A stretch of 64,000 bases of DNA. It comes from Eledone cirrhosa (Eukaryota). The stretch's first letter is position 1; every line of letters starts with the position of its first letter. This document shows, piece after piece, positions 1 to 12,053 of the stretch. A program made the translations under genes and the position numbers. The stretch lies in the NCBI GenBank assembly GCA_964016885.1, contig OZ024740.1, positions 291,028,001 through 291,092,000 on the forward strand, given 5' to 3'. The notes under the pieces were generated by a model. It did no database searches and was not told where the DNA came from. It worked only from the letters and a program-made list of their open reading frames with translations.

Positions 1-692
1 TTATAAAGGAGGCCACAGAATGTACGATATATAATGATTACAATATTTTTTAGCAACAACTCTAGTCCCACACTTTTGAAGGTTTATTATAACATTCTGT
101 GGCACTTTTGAGCTTGCGCATTTTTCATGTCTAGTTTAATATTTTTTTAAGGCAACGCTTGTAATAACTCTAGTTAAACAGGATATATATTAATAATAAA
201 TTATCGTTGTAATGTAATTAGATTATGTAATTGTTATTATAAATTATCTTATAAATATTAGTGTAAGATGTATAAAAATATTTTCAGACTTTTAATATAA
301 ACAACTACAAAAAACAATCAATATTAAATCAATATATTATACATAATAGAAAACATAAAATATACAATACAAAAACAAAATATTTACATACAATTGCAAT
401 TATCAGTGTATATACATTTTCTTTATATTCCCTGAGCAAATTAATAAGATTTGTTTTTATTGTACATAATTTGATGACTTGTTGGAGTGTATTAAAAGAT
501 AGCAACAATTTGTGATTAAATTGTTATCTTAAGCAACTCACTTTTTAATAGTTGTTGGCTGAGCGAAATTGTAAAAGCCTATGAGCAAATATAAAAAAAA
601 ATACACAAACAACATTTCCTTGTGTTATTACAACATTAGATAAAATAATTGAGCAATGTCGTTATATTTTGCTCTTATTGCACATTAATAGT

Positions 693-860
693 GTTTCTAT
701 TTTTCGGCACAAATCCATTACGGCAGTCCATTACTGGTACTTTATTTTATCGAATTAGTAAGTATGAAAGTCGAAGTTAACCTCGGCAGGATTTGAACTT
801 AGAATGCAAAGGACCATAACAATACTGCAAAGCATGGTGTCTGACGCTCTACCAATACTT
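693..860 (-). mobile_element. tRNA-derived SINE with Meta-type central domain (family 1), decayed copy
   Basis: Reverse complement matches the copy at 53482-53670 (gagttcaaatcc.gccgaggtt.acttt...tcgataaaataaagtaccagtaatg). Confidence 0.7.
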
Positions 861-1249
861 GTGTTGAGCTGGTCATTAATTTATGGTGGTCGTGCGTGGA
901 GTAGAGCAATCGCTAGTTGAAATATTATGAACAAAACATTTTTATTTGCCGAAGAACATATTTTCAATACTGTTTGTGAATGTGACGAAGGAAATACATT
1001 CTGATATGGAACAGTGTACAAAGTGTGTCTGTGAATAACATAATGTTACCTCATGTTGTTGTCAAGACATAATGGATTTCGTATATCCAGTTAGAAGATG
1101 AAACCTAGCCATCTCGGATTAGTTATATTTCATGCCATGTGTAAACGTGTTTGAGGATAGCAAAATATGCGCGTTAATTATAATAATTAGTTAATAATAT
1201 TACAAAATATACCTAATTAAACTCTTTGCTTGAAATTTTATCATTCTTC

Positions 1250-1251
<2 letters not shown>

Positions 1252-1335
<84 letters not shown>
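1252..1335. repeat. (TA)n/(GA)n compound microsatellite
   Basis: Seen directly. Confidence 0.95.
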
Positions 1336-1340
<5 letters not shown>

Positions 1341-1699
1341 TCTAGTCCTTCGCTCAAGATTAATCTATAAGTTTAGATGTTTGCCTTCGTTTAAGTAAAT
1401 ATTACAGTAAGATTTTTAATATAAACAACTACAAAAAACAATTAATATTAAAACGAAAAAATTATCAATGATAAAAGAAGCGGATGCAACTTTTTTTTTT
1501 ATAAAGTTATATTCCTGTTTCTTTAAAGAACATTTCATTTTTGTTCTATTGTAGGCGAAATAATGCAATGGTTTAATAGGGAAGATATAACTTACGAATT
1601 ATGTCTCTAACCGTGTAACGCTTTTTAAGTAGATAACTACAATTGAAAATACTAAAGAAATGGAACCAACAATTCAATTTGAAAGTCGTCTAGTGACAG

Positions 1700-1750
1700 T
1701 GTATTACTGGTACTTTATTTTATCGACCCCGTAACGATGAAAGGCAAAAA
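1700..1750 (-). mobile_element. SINE family 1 fragment
   Basis: actggtactttattttatcgaccccgtaa.gatgaaaggcaaa is the family core, antisense. Confidence 0.65.
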
Positions 1751-2109
1751 TGCAAATGCTTAAAATTTAAATTGCCTTAATTCTATCGTCTGCTGTTTCA
1801 TTAAAGGGAGATTATCGTCTGTATTTAATTCTATCGTCTACTGTTCCACTAAACAGATATACCTCCACTATCGTCTCTATTTATACATTTTAACTTATAA
1901 CTTATACACATTTGATTTGAAATATTTTATCTAGTCCCCCCTCTCAATATTATGATGATTTCTTTCGAATGAAACAGTTCTAGTCCTGTAGAAACCATTT
2001 ATATATATAATTGAACTGAGTTAAAAATTCACAATATTTATAATTAAATAAGCTCATATATATATGTGTGTATTTATCTGTTTATTGTATTATATATAAT
2101 GTGTGTATA

Positions 2110-2260
2110 TACAGGATGTCCCCCAAAAATATATACACACTTCAACAGCATTCTAATAACTATTGCCTGTACAGGTAATCAAAGTGTCAATCGAATGTTA
2201 GTTTCGTGTTTTAACAGTACAAATTTACAATACACACATAAAACCAGTGTATATACATAC
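2110..2260 (+). mobile_element. Possible Tc1/mariner-type terminal fragment
   Basis: TA|CAGGATGTCCCCCAAAAATATATACACACTT resembles mariner/Tc-type TIRs; no partner TIR found. Confidence 0.35.
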
Positions 2261-2738
2261 ATGAGTGTGTATACACATACATGAATGTGTATATACAATA
2301 TATATGTATATATATATAGACACATATATTCACGGTGCAACGGTACATTAAAATATAGATGCGGGAGAGGGGGGGTGTATATATAGGGGCGCTGGGGATA
2401 AAGGAGTGTAAAGCGTGTGTAATTGATATATTGAAGGAGAGGAGCGTGCAGCGATAGAGTAACAAATATATAGAGAGGGGGAGAGATGGTATTGAAGGGG
2501 AGGAGTGCAAAGCGAAAGAGTAAGAGATATATATAGAGACGGAACAGATAGAGAGAAACAGGCGTAAGTAACAGTGGAAGAGATATAGAGAGAGGTACTC
2601 TGATTGGTTGAAAATTAGCCAATGACATACGATCACCACCACCACGGCTATCCCCGAAAAATTTTTTAAGAAGCTACGCATATATGTTAGAACACGAAAA
2701 GTGAACATTCTGTTGTTTCACACTTTTCGTGTTCTAAC

Positions 2739-2790
<52 letters not shown>

Positions 2791-2796
2791 GTATAT

Positions 2797-2902
2797 ATCA
2801 TCATCATCATCGTTTAACGTCCATCTTCCACGCTTGCATGGGTTTGGACGGGAGTTTTCCCACTTGAGACAAGAGTGCTTGTCTTGCTCGCATATATATA
2901 AT

Positions 2903-2940
<38 letters not shown>

Positions 2941-2982
2941 AGTGTATATATATATACTTATGTATATATATATATATAATTG

Positions 2983-3019
<37 letters not shown>

Positions 3020-3058
3020 GTGTGTATATATATATACATATGTATATATATACATATG

Positions 3059-3098
<40 letters not shown>

Positions 3099-3697
3099 TA
3101 TACATACGTATCATCATCATCGTTTAACGTCCATATTCCACATTACAGCGTGGACTGTGTGTTTTTTTGTCGTGACACCTACACGACCTCATTCGTTTCG
3201 GGCTGGATGTTGTGGCACCAACATAACTTTACATTGAAAGATGTTGTGTGGATGGGGTGGGGGTAGTGGGACGGGGGAGTGTATTTTGTTAGAGGTGCCT
3301 ACTGACTGTAGTAGGTTTCACTTTGCACTTATGTAAGGCGGGTCTTCTCTATTACTGCCAAAGATCTCGGTCCTCTCTTGGAGAGGTGTAAGTGTGTGAG
3401 GTCGGAATTTATCAAGTCGTCCCAGGTTTTTCTTGGTCTGCCTACTCCATGGCTACCGTCTATTTTTATTGCCCTGCACTTTTTTATACAGCTGTTGTCT
3501 TTCATGCGCATCACGTGACCGTACTAACGTAGTCTTCTCTCGAGTAAACAACATCTGATCCCTCTTATTTCTAATTTTTCCCTTAGTTCGTTTATGCTTT
3601 GCCGTTCACGTATATTACTATTACACATCCAGCAGAGCATGCAAGCTTCGGTCCTCTCCAGTCTGCGTATATCCTCTGCACACAATGCCAAGGTCTC
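2797..3697 (-). mobile_element. RTE LINE family A 3' fragment split by a (TA)n array
   Basis: (CAT)n tails at about 2797 and 3109, shared 3' UTR, ORF remnant MRMKDNSCIKKCRAIKIDGSHGVGRPRKTWDD...KTRLT. Confidence 0.85.
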
Positions 3698-4104
3698 AAT
3701 TTTATTTGTTCATTGAATAAAACCAACAAAGATCTAATATATTCTGTCTGTTTGGTAAGAGGTTTAGAATTAACCAATAGAAAGTTAATAATTGGCCAAA
3801 TGGTAAAATAGTAGTAATTGAAGCTTATTTTATGGGTGAAAATAGGTTGTTGGTTTTATTCAATGAACAAATAAAATTATTTCTGAGGTCAGCATACGAC
3901 CTATTTTCTTCCCTAAAATAATCCTTCATTCATAATATTCTTTTCCATCCAAAACTGAAATCTACCTTCCTCTACCCATAATTTAAGGTTCTTCTACTAC
4001 TATATTACTATCTTGACCCTCACTATCTCTCTATTGGTCAATTCAAAACCTGTTCCCAAACAGACCTATTGTATTGAATCTTTGTTTTTTTCAATGAACA
4101 AATA

Positions 4105-4246
4105 TCATTATTTCTGAAGACAGCATATATATGTGTAGGTATGTATATTCCCTCTGATAGTTTGTATAAATATTGTACATAGATCTATAGAATATGCATA
4201 CCAACTCTAACACATATATATCCCAGAAACGATCGTAAAATGATGA
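4105..4246 (+). ncRNA. Type I hammerhead ribozyme motif with long stem II
   Basis: Stem I tcattattt/aaatgatga; CTGAAGA 4114-4120; stem II atatatatgtgt...acacatatatat; GAAA 4226-4229; palindromic stem III cgatcg; UA cleavage site. Confidence 0.7.
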
Positions 4247-4432
4247 ATTTTTTTAATATAAGGAACTGTTTCTTTGTTTATTCATTGTTTTATTAATTTA
4301 TCTTGACTAGTTTTCTGTTTATTTTTCACCGAAAGTAGTTTTTGAATGCATCTTCTCTTTTCATGATATCCGGATTACATTGAGTTCTTCATACGGATTG
4401 GACACTACCGTAAACTTTTGGTAGATTTATCT

Positions 4433-4487
4433 ACATATATATATATATGTATATATATATATGTATTTATATATATATATATACATA

Positions 4488-4523
<36 letters not shown>

Positions 4524-4618
4524 TGTATATATAATATGTATGTATATATAATATGTATGTATATATAATATGTATATATATATATAATATGTATATATAT
4601 ATAATATGTATATATATG

Positions 4619-4694
<76 letters not shown>

Positions 4695-4761
4695 GTATAT
4701 ATATGTATATATATATATTTATATATATATGTATATATGTATATATATATATGTATATATG

Positions 4762-4792
<31 letters not shown>

Positions 4793-4817
4793 GTATATAT
4801 ATATATATATTTATATA

Positions 4818-4854
<37 letters not shown>

Positions 4855-4877
4855 GTATATATATATATATTTATATA

Positions 4878-4914
<37 letters not shown>

Positions 4915-4945
4915 GTATATATATATATATATGTATATATATATG

Positions 4946-4994
<49 letters not shown>

Positions 4995-4995
4995 G

Positions 4996-5044
<49 letters not shown>

Positions 5045-5053
5045 GTATATATG

Positions 5054-5086
<33 letters not shown>

Positions 5087-5087
5087 G

Positions 5088-5136
<49 letters not shown>

Positions 5137-5177
5137 GTATATATATATATGTATATATATATTTATATATATATGTA

Positions 5178-5247
<70 letters not shown>
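4433..5247. repeat. (TA)n microsatellite with TG/TT variants
   Basis: Seen directly. Confidence 0.95.
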
Positions 5248-5252
<5 letters not shown>

Positions 5253-5401
5253 ATACTTTGGGAGGGTCATGTTGCCAATAAGAAACACATGCACCAGTTG
5301 CTTTCACTTCAATTTATTATAATAAATTTATAAATTTAGGAATTTACAATTTCTGGTTGGTTGGTTGGTTGGTTCCACAACCAGATAGTTGTTTATATAT
5401 T

Positions 5402-5444
5402 GTCAAAGTTCTTTCGTCACACATTCTGTGACCTTTTCAGTGAC
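5402..5444 (-). ncRNA. Minimal hammerhead motif in PLE pLTR (core variant CUGAAAAG)
   Basis: Minus strand: gtca CTGAAAAG gtcac-agaatgt-gtgac GAAA gaac tt tgac. Confidence 0.6.
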
Positions 5445-5646
5445 TGGGCATTCTTTTTCTTTGTTTTTGTGCCTCTCCTTTGTTCTGTCCTACGCCATTT
5501 TGTTTCTGTGTGTGTGTTGTGTGCTCAGTCTGCGCATGCGCCACATCCGGGTGTCTGTGTGTGTTTATATTCGTTTATTTATTTGTCTATTTACATGTTA
5601 CCGGTTGGTTGTTTGTTCTATGTGCGTGTGTGTTTTCATTTTGTCC

Positions 5647-6534
5647 TTAATTGTAAGTTGTGATGTTGCTGTTCCACTCGTATTTTCTATTTAATTTTGG
5701 TTGTAATTCTTTTATGTTTATTGCCTCTGTGATTTGTCTAAACATTGCGTCTTTTCTGTGTGTAGATTCTATTTTTATTCCTATGTTCTCTAATTTACCC
5801 TTACGTTCTATTTTAGCATGTTGGTAGAGTACAGATAATTCTTTACTATCTTGAAGGTCTCGCCAGTGTTCATTGATCCGTTCCCCTACACTACGAGCTG
5901 TCTCACCTATGTACACTATATTTTTGTCTCTACATTGTCCTTCAGTACATCTTATGCTATACACTACATTTCTAGTTTTACAGTTAATATGGGGGCTTAT
6001 TTTACAGGTTATACATTTCTTATCTATACAGGGGGGTCTTTGAAAAGGGTATGTCTTGCTAATAAGTGTTTTTACGGAGGTACCTGGTCTTTCTACTATC
6101 TTAATATTGAGTTTATGTTTATCTAGGGCCCTTCTAAATTTGTAAGCTAATTCATCTCTAGGGGTTGTATCGATGAACATTACACTCTGGTATTTATTGT
6201 TATCATACCATGAGTTTATTCTATTAGCCTTATTCCTAGTTCTTTCTATTCTATTCCAAAATGTGCTCCTATACAAGGGGCAGGTCCCATTTGTGTCATT
6301 ATTTACCATTTTTTCCCATTTGGTTCTGGCTCCTCTATACACTCTGATTTTATCTCTCTGATTGCAACCAGAGAACTGCATACGGTGGATGAAGTGTTGT
6401 ATGTGTCTCTCTAGTTCTTCGGGGTTGCACATGCGGGACACGTTTCTCATCACCCGTACCAAATCCGCAATCAGGATGTTGATTTTGGTATGGTCCGAAG
6501 CTGAGTTTCGGTGGATCAGATGTTTGGAAGTCAT
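5647..6534 (-). CDS. PLE RT thumb/linker + Cys-rich motif + GIY-YIG endonuclease (disrupted from RT)
   Basis: CIDKKCITC...CKTRNVVYSIRC...YIGETARSVGERINEH...RQITEAINI...LNRKYEW. Confidence 0.85.
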   Translation of the reverse strand: MTSKHLIHRNSASDHTKINILIADLVRVMRNVSRMCNPEELERHIQHFIHRMQFSGCNQRDKIRVYRGARTKWEKMVNNDTNGTCPLYRSTFWNRIERTRNKANRINSWYDNNKYQSVMFIDTTPRDELAYKFRRALDKHKLNIKIVERPGTSVKTLISKTYPFQRPPCIDKKCITCKISPHINCKTRNVVYSIRCTEGQCRDKNIVYIGETARSVGERINEHWRDLQDSKELSVLYQHAKIERKGKLENIGIKIESTHRKDAMFRQITEAINIKELQPKLNRKYEWNSNITTYN

Positions 6535-6561
6535 GGGTTTGGCATAATGGGAATGGAGGAT

Positions 6562-7746
6562 TTATTTTTTGTTATTAATGGTATCTAACCAGAGCTGTGT
6601 GTCTAGTACAGGTAATCGATGGTTGGGGTGTTTACTTGGGTAGTCTATAGTAACTCTAATACTCTGGTGGATGGAGTTAGCTATTTGCTGGATGCTTTCC
6701 ATTGTGTTTTTCTCTAGTTCCTGCCTGTTCTCTAGTGGGGGTGTCTTAACTATGATGTTTATATCATCAATGTAGCGGGAGTACATTATCAAGGTTAAGG
6801 GGTCTTCTAATTGTTCTTTAAGTTTAAGTCTACTGTCCCACCATACCATGAATAAGTTAGCTATGTCGCCTGCAACGCTAACACCAATGGCATATGTTTT
6901 TCCATTAAATTTGAACATATGTTCCTTAAGGGTTAGTTTTATGCTGGCCCCTACCGCATGTGCAATCATTTTCTTCAGTTCATCGTGGTTTTCGGGTGTC
7001 CGTATGGCTCTGGTCCACCCGTTCCATCTATCTGTGTGGGTTTTCTTGGCCATTGAGGTAATGGTAGGTGGTCTGCCTCTTGCTGGTCTTGTAGGGCACA
7101 GGTTGCTAAGGTCATATGTGTCTAGGTAATTATTACTATAGGTAAGTTTAAGTAGGAGTCCCAGCTCACTGGTATCAATCCCACGGAACTCAACATTGCT
7201 CTCACTGATCATTTCTACGCATTTCTCCACAGCAAAATCCACGTCAATAGATGGATACAGGGACACAACATCCATACTACCTATTATGCAGTTTGTTAGG
7301 TCCCTAGATCGGTTACTCTCGCCGATTCTGCTGAGGAGGTCCTCCGTGCTGTCACATACATCTGGGGACATTTCAATGATGGGGCGTATGATCAGGGTGA
7401 GGAAGTAGGACAGTCTGTAGTTACTAGCAATGTTAGCTCCACAGACTGGCCGTATTGGTGGTCCCGTGACAGGGTCACTGCCCGTTTTATGGTCTTTTCG
7501 AAGCCCATACAACGCCGGCACATCATTGTTCCAGGCCTGGAAGTTGTTGGCAGTCCTTTTGTTGGGCTGCATTATATTTGTCCACATCACCATATGGGCA
7601 TTGAGGGCTTTTTCTCTATCCTCATGCTCCTGTGGTGTTACCTCTCTTGTGTTAGTGATGTGGGGTTGCATTGCCTGGATGTAGTTTGGCAGGCTGTCAA
7701 CCGACATTCTGCCAGACTTGTCTGTTGGAAAGCATGCTGTCTCTCC
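6562..7746 (-). CDS. PLE reverse transcriptase (5'-truncated)
   Basis: LYGLRKDHK...PIRPVC, GSMDVVSLYPSID, AIGVSVAGDIANLFM, YSRYIDD, LPVLDT motifs. The ORF portion above 7746 lies in the inverted arm. Confidence 0.88.
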   Translation of the reverse strand, partial: GETACFPTDKSGRMSVDSLPNYIQAMQPHITNTREVTPQEHEDREKALNAHMVMWTNIMQPNKRTANNFQAWNNDVPALYGLRKDHKTGSDPVTGPPIRPVCGANIASNYRLSYFLTLIIRPIIEMSPDVCDSTEDLLSRIGESNRSRDLTNCIIGSMDVVSLYPSIDVDFAVEKCVEMISESNVEFRGIDTSELGLLLKLTYSNNYLDTYDLSNLCPTRPARGRPPTITSMAKKTHTDRWNGWTRAIRTPENHDELKKMIAHAVGASIKLTLKEHMFKFNGKTYAIGVSVAGDIANLFMVWWDSRLKLKEQLEDPLTLIMYSRYIDDINIIVKTPPLENRQELEKNTMESIQQIANSIHQSIRVTIDYPSKHPNHRLPVLDTQLWLDTINNKK

Positions 7747-8252
7747 ATGTACTGAAGGACAATGTAGAGACAAAAATATAGTGTACATAGGTGAGACAGC
7801 TCGTAGTGTAGGGGAACGGATCAATGAACACTGGCGAGACCTTCAAGATAGTAAAGAATCATCTGTACTCTACCAACATGCTAAAATAGAACATAAGGGT
7901 AAATTAGAGAACATAGAAATAAAAATAGAATCTACACACAGAAAAGACGCAATGTTTAGACAAATCACAGAGGCAATAAACATAAAAGAATTATAACCAA
8001 AATTAAATAGAAAATACGAGTGGAACAGCAACATCACAACTTACAATTAAGGACAAAATGAAAACACACACGCACATAGAACAAACAACCAACCGGTAAC
8101 ATGTAAATAGACAAATAAATAAACGAATATAAACACACACAGACACCCGGATGTGGCGCATGCGCAGACTGAGCTCACAACACACACACAGAAACAAAAT
8201 GGCGTAGGACAGAACAAAGGAGAGGCACAAAAACAAAGAAAAAGAATCCCCA

Positions 8253-8295
8253 GTCACTGAAGGGGTCACAGAATGTGTGACGAAAGAACTTTGAC
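8253..8295 (+). ncRNA. Minimal hammerhead motif in inverted PLE pLTR (core variant CUGAAGGG)
   Basis: gtca CTGAAGGG gtcac...gtgac GAAA gaac tt tgac. Confidence 0.6.
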
Positions 8296-8501
8296 AATAT
8301 ATAAACAACTATCTAGTTGTGGAACCAACCAACCAGAAATTTATAAATTCCTAAATTTATAAATTTATTATAATAAATTGAAGTGAAAGCAATTGGTGCG
8401 TGTGTTTCTTATTGGCAACATGACCCTCCCAAAGTATAACAATATCGGTTTCAACACACGATTTCAGATAAAGAATCTTGCTAAACAAATTCAGAAACGA
8501 A

Positions 8502-8585
8502 ATATATATATATATATATGTATATATCATCATCATCATCATCCTCGTTTAATGTCCACTTTCCACGGTAGCATGTATGTATATG

Positions 8586-8630
<45 letters not shown>

Positions 8631-9191
8631 GTATATATATATATATAATTGTATATATATATGTATATATATATATATAATTGTATATATATATGTATAT
8701 ATATATATATATATAATTGTATATATATATATATATATAATTGTATATATATATATATAATTGTATATATATATATATATAATTGTATATATATATATAT
8801 ATAATTGTATATATATATATATATATATAATTGTATATATATATAATTGTATATATATAATTGTATATATATATATATATAAATAATTGTATATATATAT
8901 ATATATAATTGTATATATATATATATATTTATAATTGTATATATATATATTTATAATTGTATATATATATATATATAATTGTATATATATATATATATTT
9001 ATAATTGTATATATATATATTTATAATTGTATATATATATATATATAATTGTATATATATATATATTTATAATTGTATATATATACATATATATAATTGT
9101 ATATATATATATATATAATTGTATAATGCTAGCGTGGAAGAACGGATGTAAAACGGTGATGATGATGTATATATATATATACATATATATA

Positions 9192-9228
<37 letters not shown>

Positions 9229-9255
9229 GTATAATATATAATATGTATAATATAT

Positions 9256-9305
<50 letters not shown>

Positions 9306-9310
9306 ATATA
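8502..9310. repeat. (TA)n array with TATAATTG variant, containing two short RTE-tail fragments
   Basis: Seen directly; tails at about 8527-8575 (-) and 9127-9166 (+). Confidence 0.9.
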
Positions 9311-10070
9311 AAAAACATGAGAAGAAAGAAGAGTACTGCGTGTTTGCACATGGCTTACATATGATAAAAAATATTCCTTCGTCAGTGATTTTCCAACCAT
9401 CATTGGTATTTCATCGCATTAAAAATCAGATACCTCAGGTTGGTGCGAGCAATAACTAAAAAAAGTTATTGGGACCAGTAAATCGCGTAAAGCGAGGGGG
9501 ACGAGTGAACAACATAGAAGGATAAAAGCAAACCAAAGATAGGAAAAAAATTAGCAACATGGTAGTCCTGGTCAGCATAAGCTGGGTGGATTTCATGAGC
9601 GAAAGGTACAGACACGTCCAGCGTGAGTGAGATGTAAGCAAGAAGAGACCCACTGTAAGCCAAACGGGAGGAAGTGAGAAGGGGAGAAACAGAGAGTGAG
9701 TAAGTGGATGTGCGAGGAAGCGGTCAGTCGAGAGAAAGTGTAACTGACAGAGGGGGCGAAAGAAGGTGAGAGAAACAGAGAGAACGGGGAAGCAGTAAGA
9801 GAGAAGCGGACAAACGCAGCCGAGGTGAATATATATAAAAAAACATGAGAAGAAAGAAGAATACTGCGTGGTTGTACATAGGTTACATATGATAAAAATA
9901 GTCCTTCGTCAGTGATTCTCCAACCATCATCGCATTAAAAATCAGATACCTCAGGTTGGTGCGAGCAATAACTAAAAAAAGTTATTGGGACCAGTAAATC
10001 GCGTAAAGCGAGGGGGACAAGTGAACAACATAGAAGGATAAAAGCAAACCAAAGATAGGAAAAAAACAAG
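9311..10070. mobile_element. Unclassified non-coding insert with a partial direct repeat (pLTR-like)
   Basis: 9311-9555 is repeated at about 9837-10070 with a purine-rich spacer; flanked by (TA)n. Confidence 0.55.
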
Positions 10071-10071
10071 C

Positions 10072-10289
10072 AATATATATATAATATATGTAATATATAT
10101 ATATAATATATGTAATATATATATATAATATATATAATATATATATATATAAAATTGTATATATATATATACATATATATATAATTGTATATATATATAC
10201 ATATGTATATATATATACATATGTATATATATATATATGTATATATATATATGTATATATATATATAAGTGTATATATATATACATATG

Positions 10290-10334
<45 letters not shown>

Positions 10335-10353
10335 GTATATATATATACATATG

Positions 10354-10384
<31 letters not shown>

Positions 10385-10421
10385 GTATATATATATATAA
10401 GTGTATATATATATACATATG

Positions 10422-10468
<47 letters not shown>

Positions 10469-10683
10469 GTATATATATATACATATGTATATATATATAC
10501 AATTATATATATATGTATATATATATATACAATTTTATATATATATATATTATATATATTATATATATATATAAGTGTATATATATATATACATATGTAT
10601 ATATATACATATGTATATATATACATATGTATATATGTATATATACATATGTATATGTATATATATATGTATATATACATATG

Positions 10684-10714
<31 letters not shown>

Positions 10715-10743
10715 GTATATATATATATATATATATACATATG

Positions 10744-10774
<31 letters not shown>

Positions 10775-10984
10775 GTATATATATATGTATATATATATGT
10801 ATATATACATATGTATATATATATATATATATACATATGTATATATATATATATGTATATATATGTATATATATATATGTATATATATATGTATATATAT
10901 ATGTATATGTATATATATATATGTATATATATGTATATATATGTGGATATATATATATATATGTATATATATGTATATATATGT

Positions 10985-11030
<46 letters not shown>

Positions 11031-11032
11031 GT

Positions 11033-11088
<56 letters not shown>

Positions 11089-11090
11089 GT

Positions 11091-11132
<42 letters not shown>

Positions 11133-11200
11133 GTGGATATATATATATATATATATATGTGGATATATATATGTGGATATATATATATATATATATATGT

Positions 11201-11263
<63 letters not shown>

Positions 11264-11283
11264 GTGGATATATATATATATAT
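10072..11283. repeat. (TA)n microsatellite with CATATG and TGTGGA variants
   Basis: Seen directly. Confidence 0.95.
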
Positions 11284-11998
11284 AATTCACATGAATCAAA
11301 GTTCTGTTCAAACCATTTATTAGCTTACAATTGTTTCTTCCAAACCGAGGTTTGGAGTCTTCGGAGTAATTTTTCAATAATTGTTTACATACATGACCTC
11401 CTTTCCAACACAAGAGACATACAGAAACATATGTATATATCGATGCACAGTGTATCATATATATATAAGACACACGTGCATGCCCCACGTGTAACTATTG
11501 CATGCAATAACTACTACAACTGACTAACAAACTATCCTCTTGCATTATCTACGTTAACTGCCGATGTTGTATTTTAATTTTAATTTTGCTTTGATTCTGT
11601 TTTAATATGATTTTAATTTTTGAATTTAAATTGCCATTCAGAAATAATATAATGGATATCACCCCACTGTGCATTAATATATACATATGTATCTGTATGT
11701 CTCTTGTGTTGGAAAGGAGGTCATGTATGTAAACAAACATTGAAAAATGCACCGAAGACTCCAAACTTCGGTTTGGATGAAACAATTGTAAGCTAATAAA
11801 TGGTTTGAACAGAACTTTGATTCATGTGAATTCTATATAACTGCTCTGTAGAACAACTGATGTTATTACATTGAGCTATTTATCTTACTGGTAATAAGGT
11901 AGTAATAAATTACTGTCTTTCACTGTTTAGGGTTTAAAATATATATAACTATAAAAAGTTTTAGTATATACATAACCATAAATAGTATCCTTAATACT
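11284..11998. mobile_element. Fold-back mini-element: about 168-bp inverted arms, each carrying a hammerhead-like motif, plus a tail
   Basis: 11284-11452 is the inverted repeat of 11665-11832; unique tail to about 11998; flanked by (TA)n. Confidence 0.75.
11749..11793 (+). ncRNA. Hammerhead-like motif (core CCGAAGA); mirror copy at 11323-11367 on minus strand
   Basis: CCGAAGA, stem II tccaaac-TTCG-gtttgga, GAAA, palindromic caattg, UA; stem I weak. Confidence 0.6.
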
Positions 11999-12018
11999 AT
12001 ATATATATACATATGTGG

Positions 12019-12053
<35 letters not shown>

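Larger units (their letters stand above)
5245..8503 (-). mobile_element. Penelope-like retroelement (PLE, probably Neptune-like), 5'-truncated, with inverted pLTR and tail
   Basis: RT and C-terminal GIY-YIG ORFs on minus strand; 5245-5950 repeated in inverted orientation at 7747-8445; unique tail 8446-8503; hammerhead motif in each arm; flanked by (TA)n. Confidence 0.92.

Noticed and set aside
290-1452. About 40-bp direct repeat at ~290 and ~1413 as LTRs
   Set aside because: Too short and AT-rich; no TG..CA ends, PBS or TSD.
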